This document shows positions 1 through 13,956 of a stretch of 64,000 nt of DNA, piece by piece. Under the pieces are notes generated by a model that saw only the letters and a list, made by a program, of their open reading frames with translations, was not told the origin of the DNA and did not search any database. The stretch is from Octopus bimaculoides (Eukaryota), in NCBI RefSeq assembly GCF_001194135.2, contig NC_068984.1, forward strand, positions 86,881,207 to 86,945,206, read 5' to 3'. Made by a program: the position numbers and the translations under genes. Numbering within the stretch: the first letter of the stretch is position 1; each line of letters opens with the position of its first letter.

Positions 1-13
1 GTAACTTTTTACT

Positions 14-250
14 ATAATAATAATAATAATTCCTACTATAACCACAAGGCCTGAAATATTTGGGGAGGGGCTAATCAATTACATCGACCCTAGTTTTCAA
101 TTAATACTTATTTTATTGACTCTGAAAGGATAAATTAATCTTTCATCCTTTTGGGGCTGATAAATATCAGTTGTACACTGGGGTTGATGTAATCAGCTTC
201 CTCCTCCTCTAAAATTTGCAGGCCTTTTGCCAAAAATTTGAAATAATAAT
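14..250. mobile_element. Two head-to-head 3' halves of SINE family A (14-134 minus, 141-250 plus)
   Basis: Both match the tttcatcctt...gataaa...cactggggtcgatgtaatc...ggccttgtgcc tail seen in the other copies. Confidence 0.7.
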
Positions 251-404
251 ATGCATTTATAAAGTTCGCAGTATAAAATCAGCATATATAAATAATTTGA
301 ATGCTTGAATTTTTTTTATTAACTGAAATCTTCATATTAGCATAAGTAGAAATTCTTTTGTTGTGTCTCACTAATAAAGGCATATTTAATTAATTTGTTT
401 TTAG

Positions 405-512
<108 letters not shown>

Positions 513-983
513 TAAGCTAAAATTCTAATAAATTTTAATTCTATTTTGCATAAACTGTAATTGCTATATTTATTTATTTATATTCTACATTCAGGTGGTT
601 GATCTAGAATTGCAGTATATCTAAAATTATGCTTGTCAGAGCAAAATTTAATTTGTATTAAGTTGACTTATTTTAAAACAAAAGCATGCAAGTTTTGTGA
701 TCTAAAATTTTGCAATTGATACATTCCAGTAATCTTGTTGCATAATGGGACTGAGCTACAGTATTAATGGTAAAGAATTGGGAATTGAGTTTCAACTTGA
801 GAATATGTATGTATTAAAAATAGGATGGATATAAAAGAAGTTCTAGTTTATCCATAAAATATTTACAACTATTTGGTTTTCAACACAAAGTCAACATAGG
901 AATAATTTGATGGGTTTACTTAAGATTTATTTTATTGAAAAAGGAATTTTATACAATGCAATGTAGTTTTTAAGATTATATAC

Positions 984-1403
984 GGAATAGGTGTTGTGGA
1001 TGTGTGGTAAAACAGTTTGCTTTCCAACCACATGGTTTCAGGATTAGTCCTATTGTATGGCACCTTGGATTAGTCCTATTGCATGGCACCATGTCTTCTA
1101 TTATAGCTCCAGGCCAACCAAAGCTGTGTGAATGGATTTGGTTGGTGGAAACTGAAAGAAGCCTGTTGTGCATGTGTTTCCTTGACTTGATATCACACAA
1201 TAGTTGCAAGTAAGTTTCACTGTCATATGAGCAGTGTTGTTTCCTTCCAGTCTTCCCTGTCCAGACAAAGGGAAATATTACTTTACTTGGAAACAGGTAG
1301 GGGTTGAAAATAGGAAGAGCATCCAGCTCTAGAAAATCAACCTCAGCAAAATTTCACCTAAAATTTCAAGCACAGAAATGTGGTGTTATGATGATGATGG
1401 TGA
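984..1403 (+). mobile_element. SINE family C (tRNA-like head, RTE-type (GAT)n tail) with an internal 26-bp duplication
   Basis: Head tgtgtggtaa...caaccacatggtt; core ccaaagc..gtg..tggatttggt...ggaaactgaaagaagcc; related copies at about 1700-2040 (+), 9435-9815 (-), 14428-14876 (-), 25990-26320 (-) and 33900-34310 (+). Confidence 0.7.
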
Positions 1404-2039
1404 TACACTTCACATATGTTCTTGTACAAATTATGCAGAATAGCAACATTCACTAAATCAAAGTATTTTATCCTAGCTCAAAGATGATTAGTCATTTATT
1501 AGTTTCAGTTGATTTTTGATTTTGCAACAAGTGGAGGTTTTGATTGTCCCATACTGGAACATCACTTTGATTTGAAAGGGTTTTGTCAGTTTTATCAATC
1601 CAAGTAGTTGATGTGAAGAGAGGTAGCTCAGTTTAAACAGCACAAGGTATATTTATTGAGTATGACTTTTCAGCAACCCAGTTCTGTTGAAGAATAAACT
1701 TGTGCACAGGAATGTAGGCAAGTGTCTTGTAATGGTGCTTAGGCTCACTAAAGCCTTATGTGTGGGTTTGGTATCTAGAAACTGAAAGACCATTTTGTGT
1801 GTGTGTGAATTTATGTCTTGCTTCAATGGAAGTTGAGATGTATGGGTTGTGTTGTTAGTTCTCCACTTCACAAATCATCCACTCACTTCACATCTTTGAA
1901 GCCATGTTGCATAAGAGACTCCTTGTTTGAAAAACAGGCAAACGTTAGTGACAAAAAGGGTGTCCAGCTGTAAGAAACAATGCTTCAAATCCTCTAAAGT
2001 TTGCAAGCATGGAATAACAGATATAAAATGAATGAATGA

Positions 2040-2208
<169 letters not shown>

Positions 2209-3025
2209 ATATCAACTAGGCTGTTGGATGCTTGTTATAAACTGCTGGTCACAATGCACTTTCTTGCTCTGTTGTAGCTTTTAAACAAGGCCACCCTGCT
2301 GCCTAGGTAGGCATGCCAACATTCTTCTGAAAGGAATACCAGTCTGTTGCAAGGTTACCCATTTACAGCTGAGTGAACTGGAGCAATGTGAAGTGAAGTG
2401 TTTTTCTCAAGAACACAATACACTTGCAGTCTGGGAATCAAAACCATAGGCTTGTGATGGTTGAGTGCAACACCCTAATTACTAGGCCATGCACCTTCAC
2501 CATATATTTCTGCCTCCCTGTTTCTCTATCACACTCTGACCTTTCATCATCTGATACCGGGTCACCTCCTCCAGTGCTCCTTCTGTTATAGTAAGACATC
2601 TGTTTCTGTCTCTTTATCACCCTCTAACATTTCATCCTCTGACACAAGTTTCCCTCTTCAAATGTGCCTTCTCATAATTCCTTGTCTTGCAAGTTACGTG
2701 GTGACCCTGCCAGTGCTGGTATCACATAAAAAGCATCCAGTCCACACTGTAAATTGGTTGGCATTTAGAAGGGCATCCAACTGTAAAAACTCTGCCAAAT
2801 CAGACAGTAGCATAAGGTAGTTTTTCTACTTGGCCTGCTCCTGTGAACCGTTTTACCCATGCATGCATGGAACATGGATGCTAAACAATGATGGTGATGA
2901 TGATCACACACACACACACACACACACACACATGCGGTACCTTGGGCAAGTGTCTTTCACTATAGCCTCAGGCCAACCAAAGCCTTGTGAGTGTATATGG
3001 AAGATGGAAACTAAAAGAAGCCTGT

Positions 3026-3058
<33 letters not shown>

Positions 3059-4329
3059 TAACCTATCAAGCACACACACAATCAATAATGAACCTCAGCT
3101 CAGTTTGTGACTACAAATTTCATTCATAACACTTTAGTCCTTCTGAAGCTATTGTAGAAGACAACACTAACTCAAAGTGCTGTACAGTGAGATTGAACAT
3201 AGAATGACATGGTTATGAATCAAACTTCCTAAGTACACAGTCATGCCTGAGAATATTCTGATGAAAATGTATTGATAAAGACAGAAAATGTTAATAATTC
3301 TGATCAGTGCACACTATTGTGTAATGGCTTGACTTATAAACACATTTATATATAAATAATAGATGCTCTGTTATATGTTGGAATAATGTTATTTTCAAGC
3401 ACTTGTGTTTGTGTTCATTTGCTCTTTTCTTATCAACTGAACATGTGATAACAAAAGTTCACTTAATGGCAAGTAGCAGAATGTCATCCTGACAATGCTG
3501 ATATTGGAAGGTTGTTCAAATTTGTTTGTTTCAAGCAGAATTTCAAAATGAAAAGTTGTCAAAATGTCTAAGTGACTACTCTGTGTTTGTGTGTGTGTGT
3601 GTTGATATTTAGCATAGAATAAATGCTTATTACTCAGATTTTATCAAATACATGAATCATAATCAGTACATCTGCTTTTCCATGCTGGCATGTGTTTGAT
3701 AGTCAAATGCCTTTCCTGTCATCAACCTTTTTAGTCATCTCTTACAGGCACTGAATGTATCTATTAATGATAAATTATAAATTGTATTAGATGCTTTATA
3801 ACCATGATTTTAAGATAGTAAAAAATGTGTACTGGATATCCCTTTGGATATCAAACCAGTTATAATGTTTTTGGTAAAAATAGATTCTATATAATTAAGC
3901 CATTAATTAGCCACCTGAATTATTTCCTTTTGCGTATTTTGTTTTTTAATCACATAAATTATATTGATCAAAACTCTTCATGTGTTTTTTTTAGCTGGCT
4001 CGAGTAGACCATTTTATGCTGATGAGGTCAAATAAGATCAGAATATGCCCCATTGCCTGTTCTTGGTCCAAGCATATGAATTTTGTTACATTCTCAATTT
4101 CTTGAAATTATATCCCCTTTTCTTTGTGAATCACGAACAGCTACAACTAGGATTTTGTTGCCATTTTTCAACAAAGTGGGAAATTTCAAATACTTGGGTA
4201 TTTTATGTACATATCAGTGTATCATCCCTTAACTTATGCCCTCTTAAGTGAAAGCCAGTTATGATTTCAGCTAAGAGTTTATTATCTTACTTCTATACAA
4301 GAAAGGAACTTGTTATCTAGTTTAATATT

Positions 4330-4893
4330 AGTCGAATTTTATTTTACTCTGGCAAGCCAAGTGAGAGCATAATCTGTGGCCTCTGCCAGAAGTGTAGCCA
4401 GCTCACTTATTCGTATCTTTACTTCATTGGACACTAAAAACTCTGCTTGCGAAGACCTGTTGAGGCAAGTGAAATCGAAATCGTAATTGAACCATATTCG
4501 ATGACTGGCACCTGTGCCAGTGGAGCACTAACAGCACTGTCCAAGCATGATCATTGCGAGAGCAGCTGTCTGGCTTCCGTGCTAGTGGCCCGTAGATAGC
4601 ACAATTGGACCATGATCATTACCAGCGTCGCCTTACTGGCACTTGTGCCGGTAGCATGTTAGGAAATCATTCGAGCGAGGTCATTGCCAGTACTGCCTGA
4701 CTGGCCCTCGTGCCGGTGGCACGTAAAAGCACCCACTACATTCTCGGAGTGGTTGGTGTTAGGAAGGGCATCCAGCTGTAGAAACTCTGCCAGATCAGAT
4801 TGGAGCCTGGTGCAGCCATCTGATTCACCAGTCCTCAGTTAAATCGCCCAACCCATGCTAGCATGGAAAGCAGATGTTAAACGATGATGATGA
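4330..4893 (+). mobile_element. RTE LINE 3' UTR fragment with internal subrepeats
   Basis: Same tail as 7368-7618; related fragments at about 2500-2905 (+), 26380-26670 (+), 27995-28250 (-), 31745-32400 (-), 55920-56335 (+), 57062-57365 (+) and 62255-62765 (+). Confidence 0.75.
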
Positions 4894-5033
4894 TTTGTAT
4901 CTAAAATATCCATATAAGATTGATGGTTTGTTAAATGTGTTTAGAACCTTTGTTTCTGTTTCTTTAGGAAACATCAAAAAAGAAAAAGACTAGCTATCTA
5001 TATAAATTTACTTATTGTACTCTGATCTTTTAA

Positions 5034-5276
<243 letters not shown>

Positions 5277-5736
5277 TAACTAATTGTAGTTCTGTGTACA
5301 CTTTGAAAGAAGAAAGAGCAGTGTTTTGATACAGAAGACCTCAAATACAATATCTATTTTGATAATTTTTTAAATTTTTGTAATCATATTTCTTTTAATT
5401 TTGGATTTGATGGTCTTCCAGATATTTTCTTTTATCTTGTGTAGTAACAATCCATTTGTTTATTAAAGTGCTTTTAATCTAAAATCAAATTTTATGGGTT
5501 TTGTTACCAGATACTCCTGATCAAAACGTTTTTAATGGTATATGTTGACAAGATTTTAGTGAAGGTGCTTGATTTAGTTTTAGATTTTGTTTTCATGAAA
5601 TTCATAACTCAGTCTCACCACTATTTGGTCTTTTTTATTTAAAAATCTTCAACTTAGAATACAGACCACTTAAATAACTTAGTGTTAATCAGAAAAGGTA
5701 GATGGTATAATCAATTGATTTAATCTGTTTTTTTAA

Positions 5737-5958
5737 CCCTTTCATTACCATATTTATTTTGAAATACATGGCCTCTTTTTCAATTAATTTTTAAAATAAT
5801 GAAGAATTTAGTTAACTAACTTTGACCTTATTAAACTGGTTTTTGAAACACAAGTTAGCATGAAATTTTAATGAAAGGCTTTAATTTAGATCATTTTAAA
5901 ACACAAAGCTGGTCTGGCAGAACCAGGGGCAGTCTGAGACAGGTTAGTGTCAAAAGGG
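5737..5958. mobile_element. piggyBac-like MITE
   Basis: TTAA at 5733-5736 and 5959-5962; termini CCCTTT...AAAGGG; no coding capacity. Confidence 0.7.
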
Positions 5959-6273
5959 TTAATTATACTTAATGAACTGAGTCTAGAGAGATGAAAGGCA
6001 GTTATCTTGGTTGGATTAGAACTTAGAATCATAAGGTACTGATTCTTACTGAGTCCACTAGGTGGTGGTGAAAGAATTGGTGAAAATAGAGCTACAACAG
6101 CATTGCTTTTTTTCTTGAACATCCATAAGTCACTAAAATACATACTATGAAATATTTGATTTGCTTCTATTTGGAATAACTTTAAGCATATGTAGGTTTT
6201 TTTTTAATGCTGTCCTTTTACTAACCAAAGCACCTCGTTTATATTGTTAATAAAATATATATTTTCACTATAG

Positions 6274-6344
6274 TTTGAAATGTTGACCGGTGCATTACCA
6301 TTCCAAGGTGAAAATAGGAAGGAAACTATGACACAGATTTTAAA
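6274..6344 (+). CDS. RPS6KA: p90 RSK exon: FEMLTGALPFQGENRKETMTQIL(K)
   Basis: tatag acceptor, gtaagc donor at 6345; 71 nt, phase 0 to 2; not in the ORF track, found by manual translation. Confidence 0.96.
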
Positions 6345-6738
6345 GTAAGCTATTTACAATATAGAATGTAATTATTTTTTGCATTTATTTTCAGTGGAAT
6401 ATCTAACCAAAATAATTGAAGTTTTATGTAAGCTTTTAGTGTATTTAACTTAAAAGAAACGTTGCTTTCATTCAATGGGTGAGGCATTAAACATATTGTT
6501 TTTACCAAACTAACAATCTTTGCTTATTTGCTTGACCTGATAAAAATATCAATCCTACCATCTCATAGAAGTACACATTGAATAATATTGTCTTAGATGC
6601 TTTTGTGCTGAAGGAAAGAAAGAGCCCTTTCATTGCAGGTTTCCTCAATCAAGGGCCAACCTAGAGTTACACAATAACAAATACTCTTGTTATATTTAAA
6701 AACTTAAAATACAAGCCCATGGCTATAGAATACACATG

Positions 6739-7618
6739 TGCGCTGAAAGTGTAGCTGCTAGAATAAGAATAGCCTGGGCAAAGTTTAGAGAGCTCTTACC
6801 CCTGCTGGCGACAAAGGGACTCTCACTCAGAGTAAAAGGCAGACTGTATGACGCATGCGTACGAACAACCATGCTACATGGCAGTGAAACATGGGCTGTA
6901 ACTGCTGAGGACATACGTAAGCTCGCAAGGAATGAAGCCAGTATGCTCCGTTGGATGTGTAATGTCAATGTGAATACCCGTCAGAGTGTAAGTATCTTGA
7001 GAGAAAAGCTGAACATTAGAAGCATCAGTTGTGGCGTGCAAGAGAGACGATTGCGCTGGTATGGACATGTGGTGAGANNNNNNNNNNNNNNNNNNNNNNN
7101 NNNNNNNNNNNNNNNNNNNNNNNNNNNNNNNNNNNNNNNNNNNNNNNNNNNNNNNNNNNNNNNNNNNNNNNNNNNNNNNNNNNNNNNNNNNNNNNNNNNN
7201 NNNNNNNNNNNNNNNNNNNNNNNNNNNNNNNNNNNNNNNNNNNNNNNNNNNNNNNNNNNNNNNNNNNNNNNNNNNNNNNNNNNNNNNNNNNNNNNNNNNN
7301 NNNNNNNNNNNNNNNNNNNNNNNNNNNNNNNNNNNNNNNNNNNNNNNNNNNNNNNNNNNNNNNNNNNCTTGTGCGGGTGGCACATAAAAGACACCATTTC
7401 GAGCGTGGCCGTTTTCGTGCGGGTGACACGTAAAAGCACCCACTACACTCTCTGAGTGGTTGGCGTTAGGAAGGGCATCCAGCTGTAGAAACTCTGCCAA
7501 ATCAGACTGGAGCCTGGTGTTGCCATCCGGTTTCACCAGTCCTCAGTCAAATCGTCCAACCCATGCTAGCATGGAAAGCGGACGTTAAACGATGATGATG
7601 ATGATGATGATGATGATG
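6739..7618 (+). mobile_element. 5'-truncated RTE-clade LINE: C-terminal part of the RT ORF, then gap, then 3' UTR with (GAT)n tail
   Basis: Uninterrupted frame CAESVAARIRIAWAKFRELLPLL...TMLHGSETW...RRLRWYGHVVR (6739-7077); after the gap comes the family tail aggaagggcatccagctgtagaaa...catgctagcatggaaa...(gat)n. Confidence 0.88.
7078..7367. other. Assembly gap (290 N)
   Basis: N run inside the RTE copy. Confidence 1.
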
Positions 7619-7650
7619 TGCACATGCACAGCACACACGCATAATACACA

Positions 7651-8402
7651 CATAGCATCCCCCAAAATGTATCCTCACATTGAATGATTATAAAGTCATC
7701 ATTTATTAAAACTCCTGTCTTCAAATTGATGACCATTCTGGTCCAGACATTGTTGATAACATGAAGCAATTGTGTGTATTCTTATTCAATAGCTGCCCTC
7801 AATTTGTCAAATGTTGCTGTTTTTGTAACGGTAAATGCAGGTAAATAAACATGATGTTTCTCTGTAATATGTGGATTCTCAGGTCCTGAGACGGTGCAAT
7901 CATGGCAGTTCATCAAGCCTTTTAATTTAAAAGTATCCTTATCACTCCAAAACAATCTTTGTTGGAAAGTGTGCATCTTCTACACATCTTTCCAAGTACC
8001 ATTTGAAATGTAACTTTTCCAATAACAATGCTTCAAAATGTGAAGGTCATTTGATTTTGAAATTCCTATTTCACAAATTGCTTACTGCACATATTTTCTT
8101 GTACCCTTTTTCTCTTTGTGGAGCTCCTTGATGTCTGTGAACATTCTCTACAGTTCTATCTTCAAACTCATCTCTAATTCAAGTGATGGTAAGTCATGTA
8201 GGTGGATTTGTTTGAAACTCCCTCTTAAACTGTCTTTGTACTTCAACGGCTTTTTGAAACTAGGAGTACACGAGGAAAAATTCCCTTTGTTCAAAGCTTA
8301 GTCTGGCTCCTTTCATTATTTCTAATGGGTTGAATCTAGAATGCAATGAAAATTGATTTATCAGCTGTCAGAGTGTGTATGCATTTTTTGTGATACCCTT
8401 TG
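7651..8402 (-). mobile_element. Decayed, internally deleted Tc1/mariner-superfamily DNA transposon
   Basis: From ATG at 8316: MKGARLSFEQRE...VEVQRQFKREFQTNPPT*LTIT*IRDEFE, then FWSDKDTFKLKG...PENPHI, LRAAIE and QQCLDQNGHQFE; the central DDD segment is missing; degenerate terminal inverted repeats near 7651-7680 and 8373-8402. Confidence 0.75.
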
Positions 8403-8702
8403 GATATATGTGTATGTGTGTATGAATATATTAAGTGTATGATTAATTTATGGAATGAAGTTCTACAAATCCAATCATTTTGTCAAAAATGGAGGTGATA
8501 AGATGTTAAAAAGTTGTAAGAAGTTTATTCATGCATACAACTGTTTCAAACATAGAGATAAATTCATTTTAGAATTTGCAAATACCATACTACTCATCAG
8601 TGCAGAGAAAAAATAATAGGAACTTAAAAATAGAGCAGAGAAGTTGGATCTATGAGTTTCATGTTTATCTGTGTGTATATTTGTATATGTATACACCTAT
8701 TC

Positions 8703-8740
<38 letters not shown>

Positions 8741-8862
8741 GTGTGTGTGTGTGTGTATATATATATATGGTGGTGCCCCAGCATGGCCACAGCTCGAGTT
8801 GAAACTAGATAAAATGATAAAATGGATATATATATGTGTTATATATATATATATACACGTGT

Positions 8863-9190
8863 GAAGGCGCATGGCTCAGTGGTTAGTGTCGAGCTTACGA
8901 TCATGAAGTTGTGAGTTCAATTCCTGGACCAGGCTGTGTTGTGGTCTTGGACAAGACACTTTATTTCACGTTGCTCCAGTTAACTCAGCTGTAGAAATGA
9001 GTTGCGACATCACTGGTGCTAAGCTGTATCGGCCTTTGCCTTTCCCTTGGATAACATCAGTGGTGTGGAGAGGGGAGGCTGGTATGCATGGGCGACTGCT
9101 GGCCTTCCATAAACAACCTTGCCCTGACTGTGCCTCGGAGGGTAACTTTCTAGGTGCAATCCCATGGTCATTCATGACTGAAGAGGGTCT
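8863..9190 (+). mobile_element. Full-length tRNA-derived SINE
   Basis: A box tggctcagtggt and B box gttcaattcc in the head, core ttggacaagacactt...actcagctgtagaaatg; partial reverse copy of the head at about 2352-2500. Confidence 0.8.
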
Positions 9191-9196
9191 CCTCAT

Positions 9197-9382
9197 ATGT
9201 ATACGTGTGTATATATATATGTGTTATATATACATACGTGTTATATATATATAGATGTGTGTGTTATATACTCGTGTGTTTGTGTTATATACTCGTGTGT
9301 GTGTGTGTTATATACTCGTGTGTGTGTGTTATATACACGTGTGTGTGTGTGTTATATACACACATGTGTGTGTGTGTGTATG
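9197..9382. repeat. Higher-order microsatellite, unit about (GT)3-6 TATATAC(T/A)C
   Basis: About 7 imperfect 18-22 bp units. Confidence 0.85.
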
Positions 9383-10284
9383 TTATAATATCCTAACTTA
9401 TGTATGAATATGTGTATTGTATGTAAACTTTATATCATTGTCATTCTTTAACACCCACATTTCTATGCTTGCATGGGTTAAACAACTTGTTGAGGCATAT
9501 TTTCTATGGGCAGATATTCTAACTGTTGTCAAACTTCACCTGTCTCGAAGCAAGGTAATATTTCCCATGGCTAAACATTTTTCATGGAAGACTGGAAATG
9601 AACAGTATGCAGGTTTACAACCATCATGTACTGTCAAGACAAGAGTACACACATGCACATACACACACATACACATGTATATATGACAAGTTTCCTTCAG
9701 TTTCTCTCTTTCTCTCTCTCTCTCTCTCTGAAATCCACTCACATTTGGTTGATCTAATGTCATAGCAGTGAGAAAACTCCAGACCACATGATTAGGAAGC
9801 AAGCTTCTTGACCCCACCCTCACTCTCACTCACCTCTCTTCTACCTTACTTCTAAAACTTGTACTGAAATGAGTATTGGCTTTGCTTTAAGGTGCTTACA
9901 TGCATTCATATTTCTTTCTTTAAAAAATTATAAAGATTACTACAGGTTTCATACTGTGTTCTTAAATATAACTATGCAGTGTGTCAGTTTGAGGCATTGA
10001 TGTACATTTTGATATTTTTGCAGGAAATATTTAAATTGCTTTATTTACTAATTACATTAGTTTTTTATGTATCATTTTTGTGTGGATAAATTTTTCCAGA
10101 AAGTTGATAAATTCAGAATTGTTTTTATTTTTATGATATTTAATAATTGGCAGCTACATCACTGAAAAGTATAAAACAATTTTCATACAGTTTGTGTGTT
10201 AACAAGCACAATATATATTAGCAATGAAATATATATGTACTTATATAAATTTTTCTCTTTAAAATTATTTTCTTATATTTTCAG

Positions 10285-10373
10285 GGCTAAATTAGGTATG
10301 CCTCAATTTCTTTCTGCAGAAGCCCAAAGTCTTCTCAGGGCTTTGTTCAAAAGAAATCCCCAGAATCGACTAG
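10285..10373 (+). CDS. RPS6KA: p90 RSK exon: [29 protein letters not shown](G)
   Basis: tttcag acceptor, gtatgg donor at 10374; 89 nt, phase 2 to 1. Confidence 0.96.
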
Positions 10374-12076
10374 GTATGGAATCTTCCATTAGTATTTTTA
10401 TAGAGAACTTTAGAAAATAAACTTGTCTGGTTATAGTTAACTTCATTTTGGGTATAAGCTTAACTTTGGTTTTATTTTGCTTCAAGAATCAGATTTAGTT
10501 TTCCAAGGTGTTAACTTCATTACATTTTGGAAAAGAAATCCATCCATAAAAATTTTCTCACCTTAAGATTTCTGGAGAAATTACTGTAATTTACATCACT
10601 TATGGACATTGTGATAAAATCATCTACACCCAGAAATCATTAACTGGTGATAGATTTTGATGCAATATCTTCCAATATATAGCTATTATTAAGCTTGATG
10701 ATAGTCACTTATGTGATCCAGTAACTGAGTAGGGTTACTCCCAAAGTCTTCAACTTTGTCTCATGTATCAAGGGAAAATTAACTGGGTGAAATTGATCTT
10801 TTTCTAAGCTATGCTTACAGGAATTGTTGAACCAGCTCTGCTTGCCTATGAAATACTTGTCACTTTCATTGCTTGACAGTTTCACACCATGCTGCTTACT
10901 TAAGTGATTTTTAGTTCTGTACCTATCACAGTAAGACACTATGGGATATCCTTCTTAAAATTGTAATTCCCTGCAAAATAAAATGAATGATCATTTTCAT
11001 TTATTGCACGTTTAAAAAGAAAGTGAACAACTGCTGTAAAAAATTGTGTATTTATTACGCATTCTATGAAATCTAGCTATTTTCCATGTATGTTTTATAC
11101 AGAACTAAATCTTACTTGTAGAACTTCCTATTAGTAATTGCTTATTTGATATGAATGGATGTGAATTTCAAGTATAACATATAAGAGAGAAACTTGTATT
11201 GGTACATGGGAAATATATGTATGATATTTATGTTATTTGATTGAAGTACATATTGACCAGTGAAGTAGTGAACAGATCATAAAGAATATCCTCTGAAATG
11301 AATGAAATAGAATAGAATACTATGCTGGATAGAAAATATCAATGATTGTTATTAAACTTTTTTTTCCCCATTTTTAGTGAAAACTACAGTATATGTGTTT
11401 TCTGATTCAAGAGGTTTCTGCAAAATCTCGTGAATCAGATATTGATATGTAGATTTCCTTTATGTATGCCATATTTGCTAAATGCCATAGGCAAAATATA
11501 CAGCACTGTTTTATACACATATTAATTTGAAAAGATATTAGAAAAATTCCATTGAAAAAAAATCTTTAACTGTGGTGTTTTTTGTTATTGGTGTTGTATT
11601 TATATATTATATGTTGATGAAGATAATTGCATGTGATATATCAAAGTCTTCATTCTAGAATATTTGATGTGTGTATTTTTCTAATTGTGTTTGAATATAA
11701 CCTTTTCTGTGTAATTGTTTGCCAATTAAAATTTTCATTTTTTTGTTGTTATTGTCATTTCATTTCACTTTAACACAGAACCTAATTTTCGTTAGCATGA
11801 AAATTATTTAGAATTATTCACTTCATAATATTAAAAATGATTTCAAGATACTTTTTTTCCATTTTTTTTTTTTTTTAATAAATTGGAAGAACATTTATTT
11901 ACCCATGCATGCTTCTTTAATCGGTTTACTAAATGTTCCAACTTTTGTTATTACTTAAACTTTTATTTTAACATCATGAGGAATATTAAAACAGAATTTC
12001 TAGTTAATAATGTTGAGTTTAGAAAAACAATAGTTATCATATTCAGAAACAGTATCACTGAAATTAAGTTAAATGT

Positions 12077-12253
12077 TAATAATGGTTTCACATTTTGGCA
12101 CAAGGTCAGCAGTTTTGGGGGAATGGGTAAGTTGATTATATCAACCCCAGTCCTCAAATGGTTCTTATTTTATTGATCCCTAAAGGATGAAAGGCAAAGT
12201 TGACCTTAGCAGAATTTGAACTCATAAGGAAAGCAGATGAAATGCTGCTAAGC
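12077..12253 (-). mobile_element. SINE family A copy
   Basis: Reverse complement of the ctgagttcaaatt...tttgcctttcatcctt...ggccttgtgcc consensus. Confidence 0.7.
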
Positions 12254-13956
12254 AACTACTGGTTTCTGTTTTCTTAATATAATTTTGTTACATAAGATCT
12301 ATTTCTTAAATAGATGTTTTAAACAGATGTTTTCATTAGCAGAAATGCTCAAATGCTTGATTAGCGATATTAAGTATTATATCCATTTAGAGTTCTGTCA
12401 TGTCTGGTTGAGGTTGACTTGGTTTCTCATCTATCTCAGACCAGTAAACTAGTACCATAAATTTACTGAGCAATCAGTTAAATTCAGTATATCTACAAAT
12501 TGTTAAAAACCAGTTTTTAGTCTGTTAAATTTAATTCTATCACTTGTTAACTGAACTTCGATGGCTTAATAGTTCCATTTGTAAACATCTTTCTATAGTA
12601 GCAATTCATATTGTATATATCAGATATATAACTTTACTCAAGTTTGATTGATAAGTTTGAAACTTTCTTTTGTAGTAGAGTTTATATGATAGAAGTTTAC
12701 AAAGTTTGGTGTAAATAGTAGAATGAATTAGACTTGCTTTGTGCAGGCACAAAATTTAAACTGCATTGTTGGGAAATATTTGTAACATTAATGCTGCAAA
12801 TGTCAGGAAATATAAACAAATATATATGACTCTTTTAGTTGATTTGAAAGAAACAAAGATGTTTGACAAAATGAGGTATTATGTATAATAGATATGGATC
12901 AGACTCAACATTGAATGATAAAGCTAAAATGAGTGTATGATGATTAAGAGAATGGCTAAGTATAAGTAAATTTTTAATGAAGGAAACTAAAATCAATAAG
13001 ATAATTGACTAGAGAATAAAGCTTCAGAACTATTTGTGCAAGTGTCATGAAGCATGGATGAAAGTCCTTGATTAGTTTGTTTGCTTATATATAGCATTGC
13101 TTATATGAACTATTTTGTCATCAATCATTCCTTCACAGACAAAACATAGTTCTTTTAATACTATTTCTGTTTGACAGAGAACATGGCTGCTGTAAAACAG
13201 TTTTTGTAGTCCATAAAATATGTTACAGAAGTTTATTTTATCCGTGGAAGGATCAAATAAGAAGAGATTTGAAATTGAGAAACAAGATGATTCCAATTTA
13301 GATAGTTCAGAATTATTGTCTTGCATTCTACTGTTTACACCAGTTCTTTTGTAATAGAATGCTTTAATAATATCATTTTATTTCAAATGGTCTGTTAATG
13401 TAGTTCATAGTATTGTTAAAAATATACAGAAAATATTGAATCAAAGTTAAATATTTAGAGTTTTAGTTTCACTATAAAATCAGTTGTATTGTTAGTTATT
13501 GGCATAATTAATGAGAAAGTAAATAAATCTAGAAGAATTAAAACTATTGAATACAAAAAATACCTCTTGCTATTTAACAAAAGCATCCAGTTATACTAAA
13601 ATGAGCTGGACATTAAACTGATTAGAAATACCCAAACTGTCTCTGTGCCATGTCCAATACATGAGACTGACGCATGAAATATCAAATTACTGTGAAGTAT
13701 TTCCTTGATGACAGATGTTGCAAGTCTGTGAAAAGATGTTACCAAAGCTGCTCAACACAAACTACATTAATTGCTTCACTGAGCCCAGATTCTGTACTGG
13801 ATTGTTAGGAATCTCCAAAATAGATATGAACTTCAAATTGCTCCCTGTTGACATGTTTGCCACCACACGGTAGTCTGCTTGACTTACTAGCTCATTCTGC
13901 TTATTAACATGCATGCTTAACTATTCAGAAAAAAAAATTTTCTAATTCTTTCTTAG

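Noticed and set aside
4019-4044. CTGATGA-GGTC-aaataa-GATC hammerhead-like motif
   Set aside because: Stem II is perfect but is followed by AGAAT rather than GAAA, and no stem I or III was found; at most a dead relic
6874-7536. Long ORFs spanning N runs (also 37398-37818)
   Set aside because: Artefacts of assembly gaps; only the + strand RTE frame before the gap is real
8863-8935. tRNA gene-like sequences (also the heads at 50430-50501 and 984-1060)
   Set aside because: They have A and B boxes but continue into SINE bodies, with no complete cloverleaf or acceptor stem
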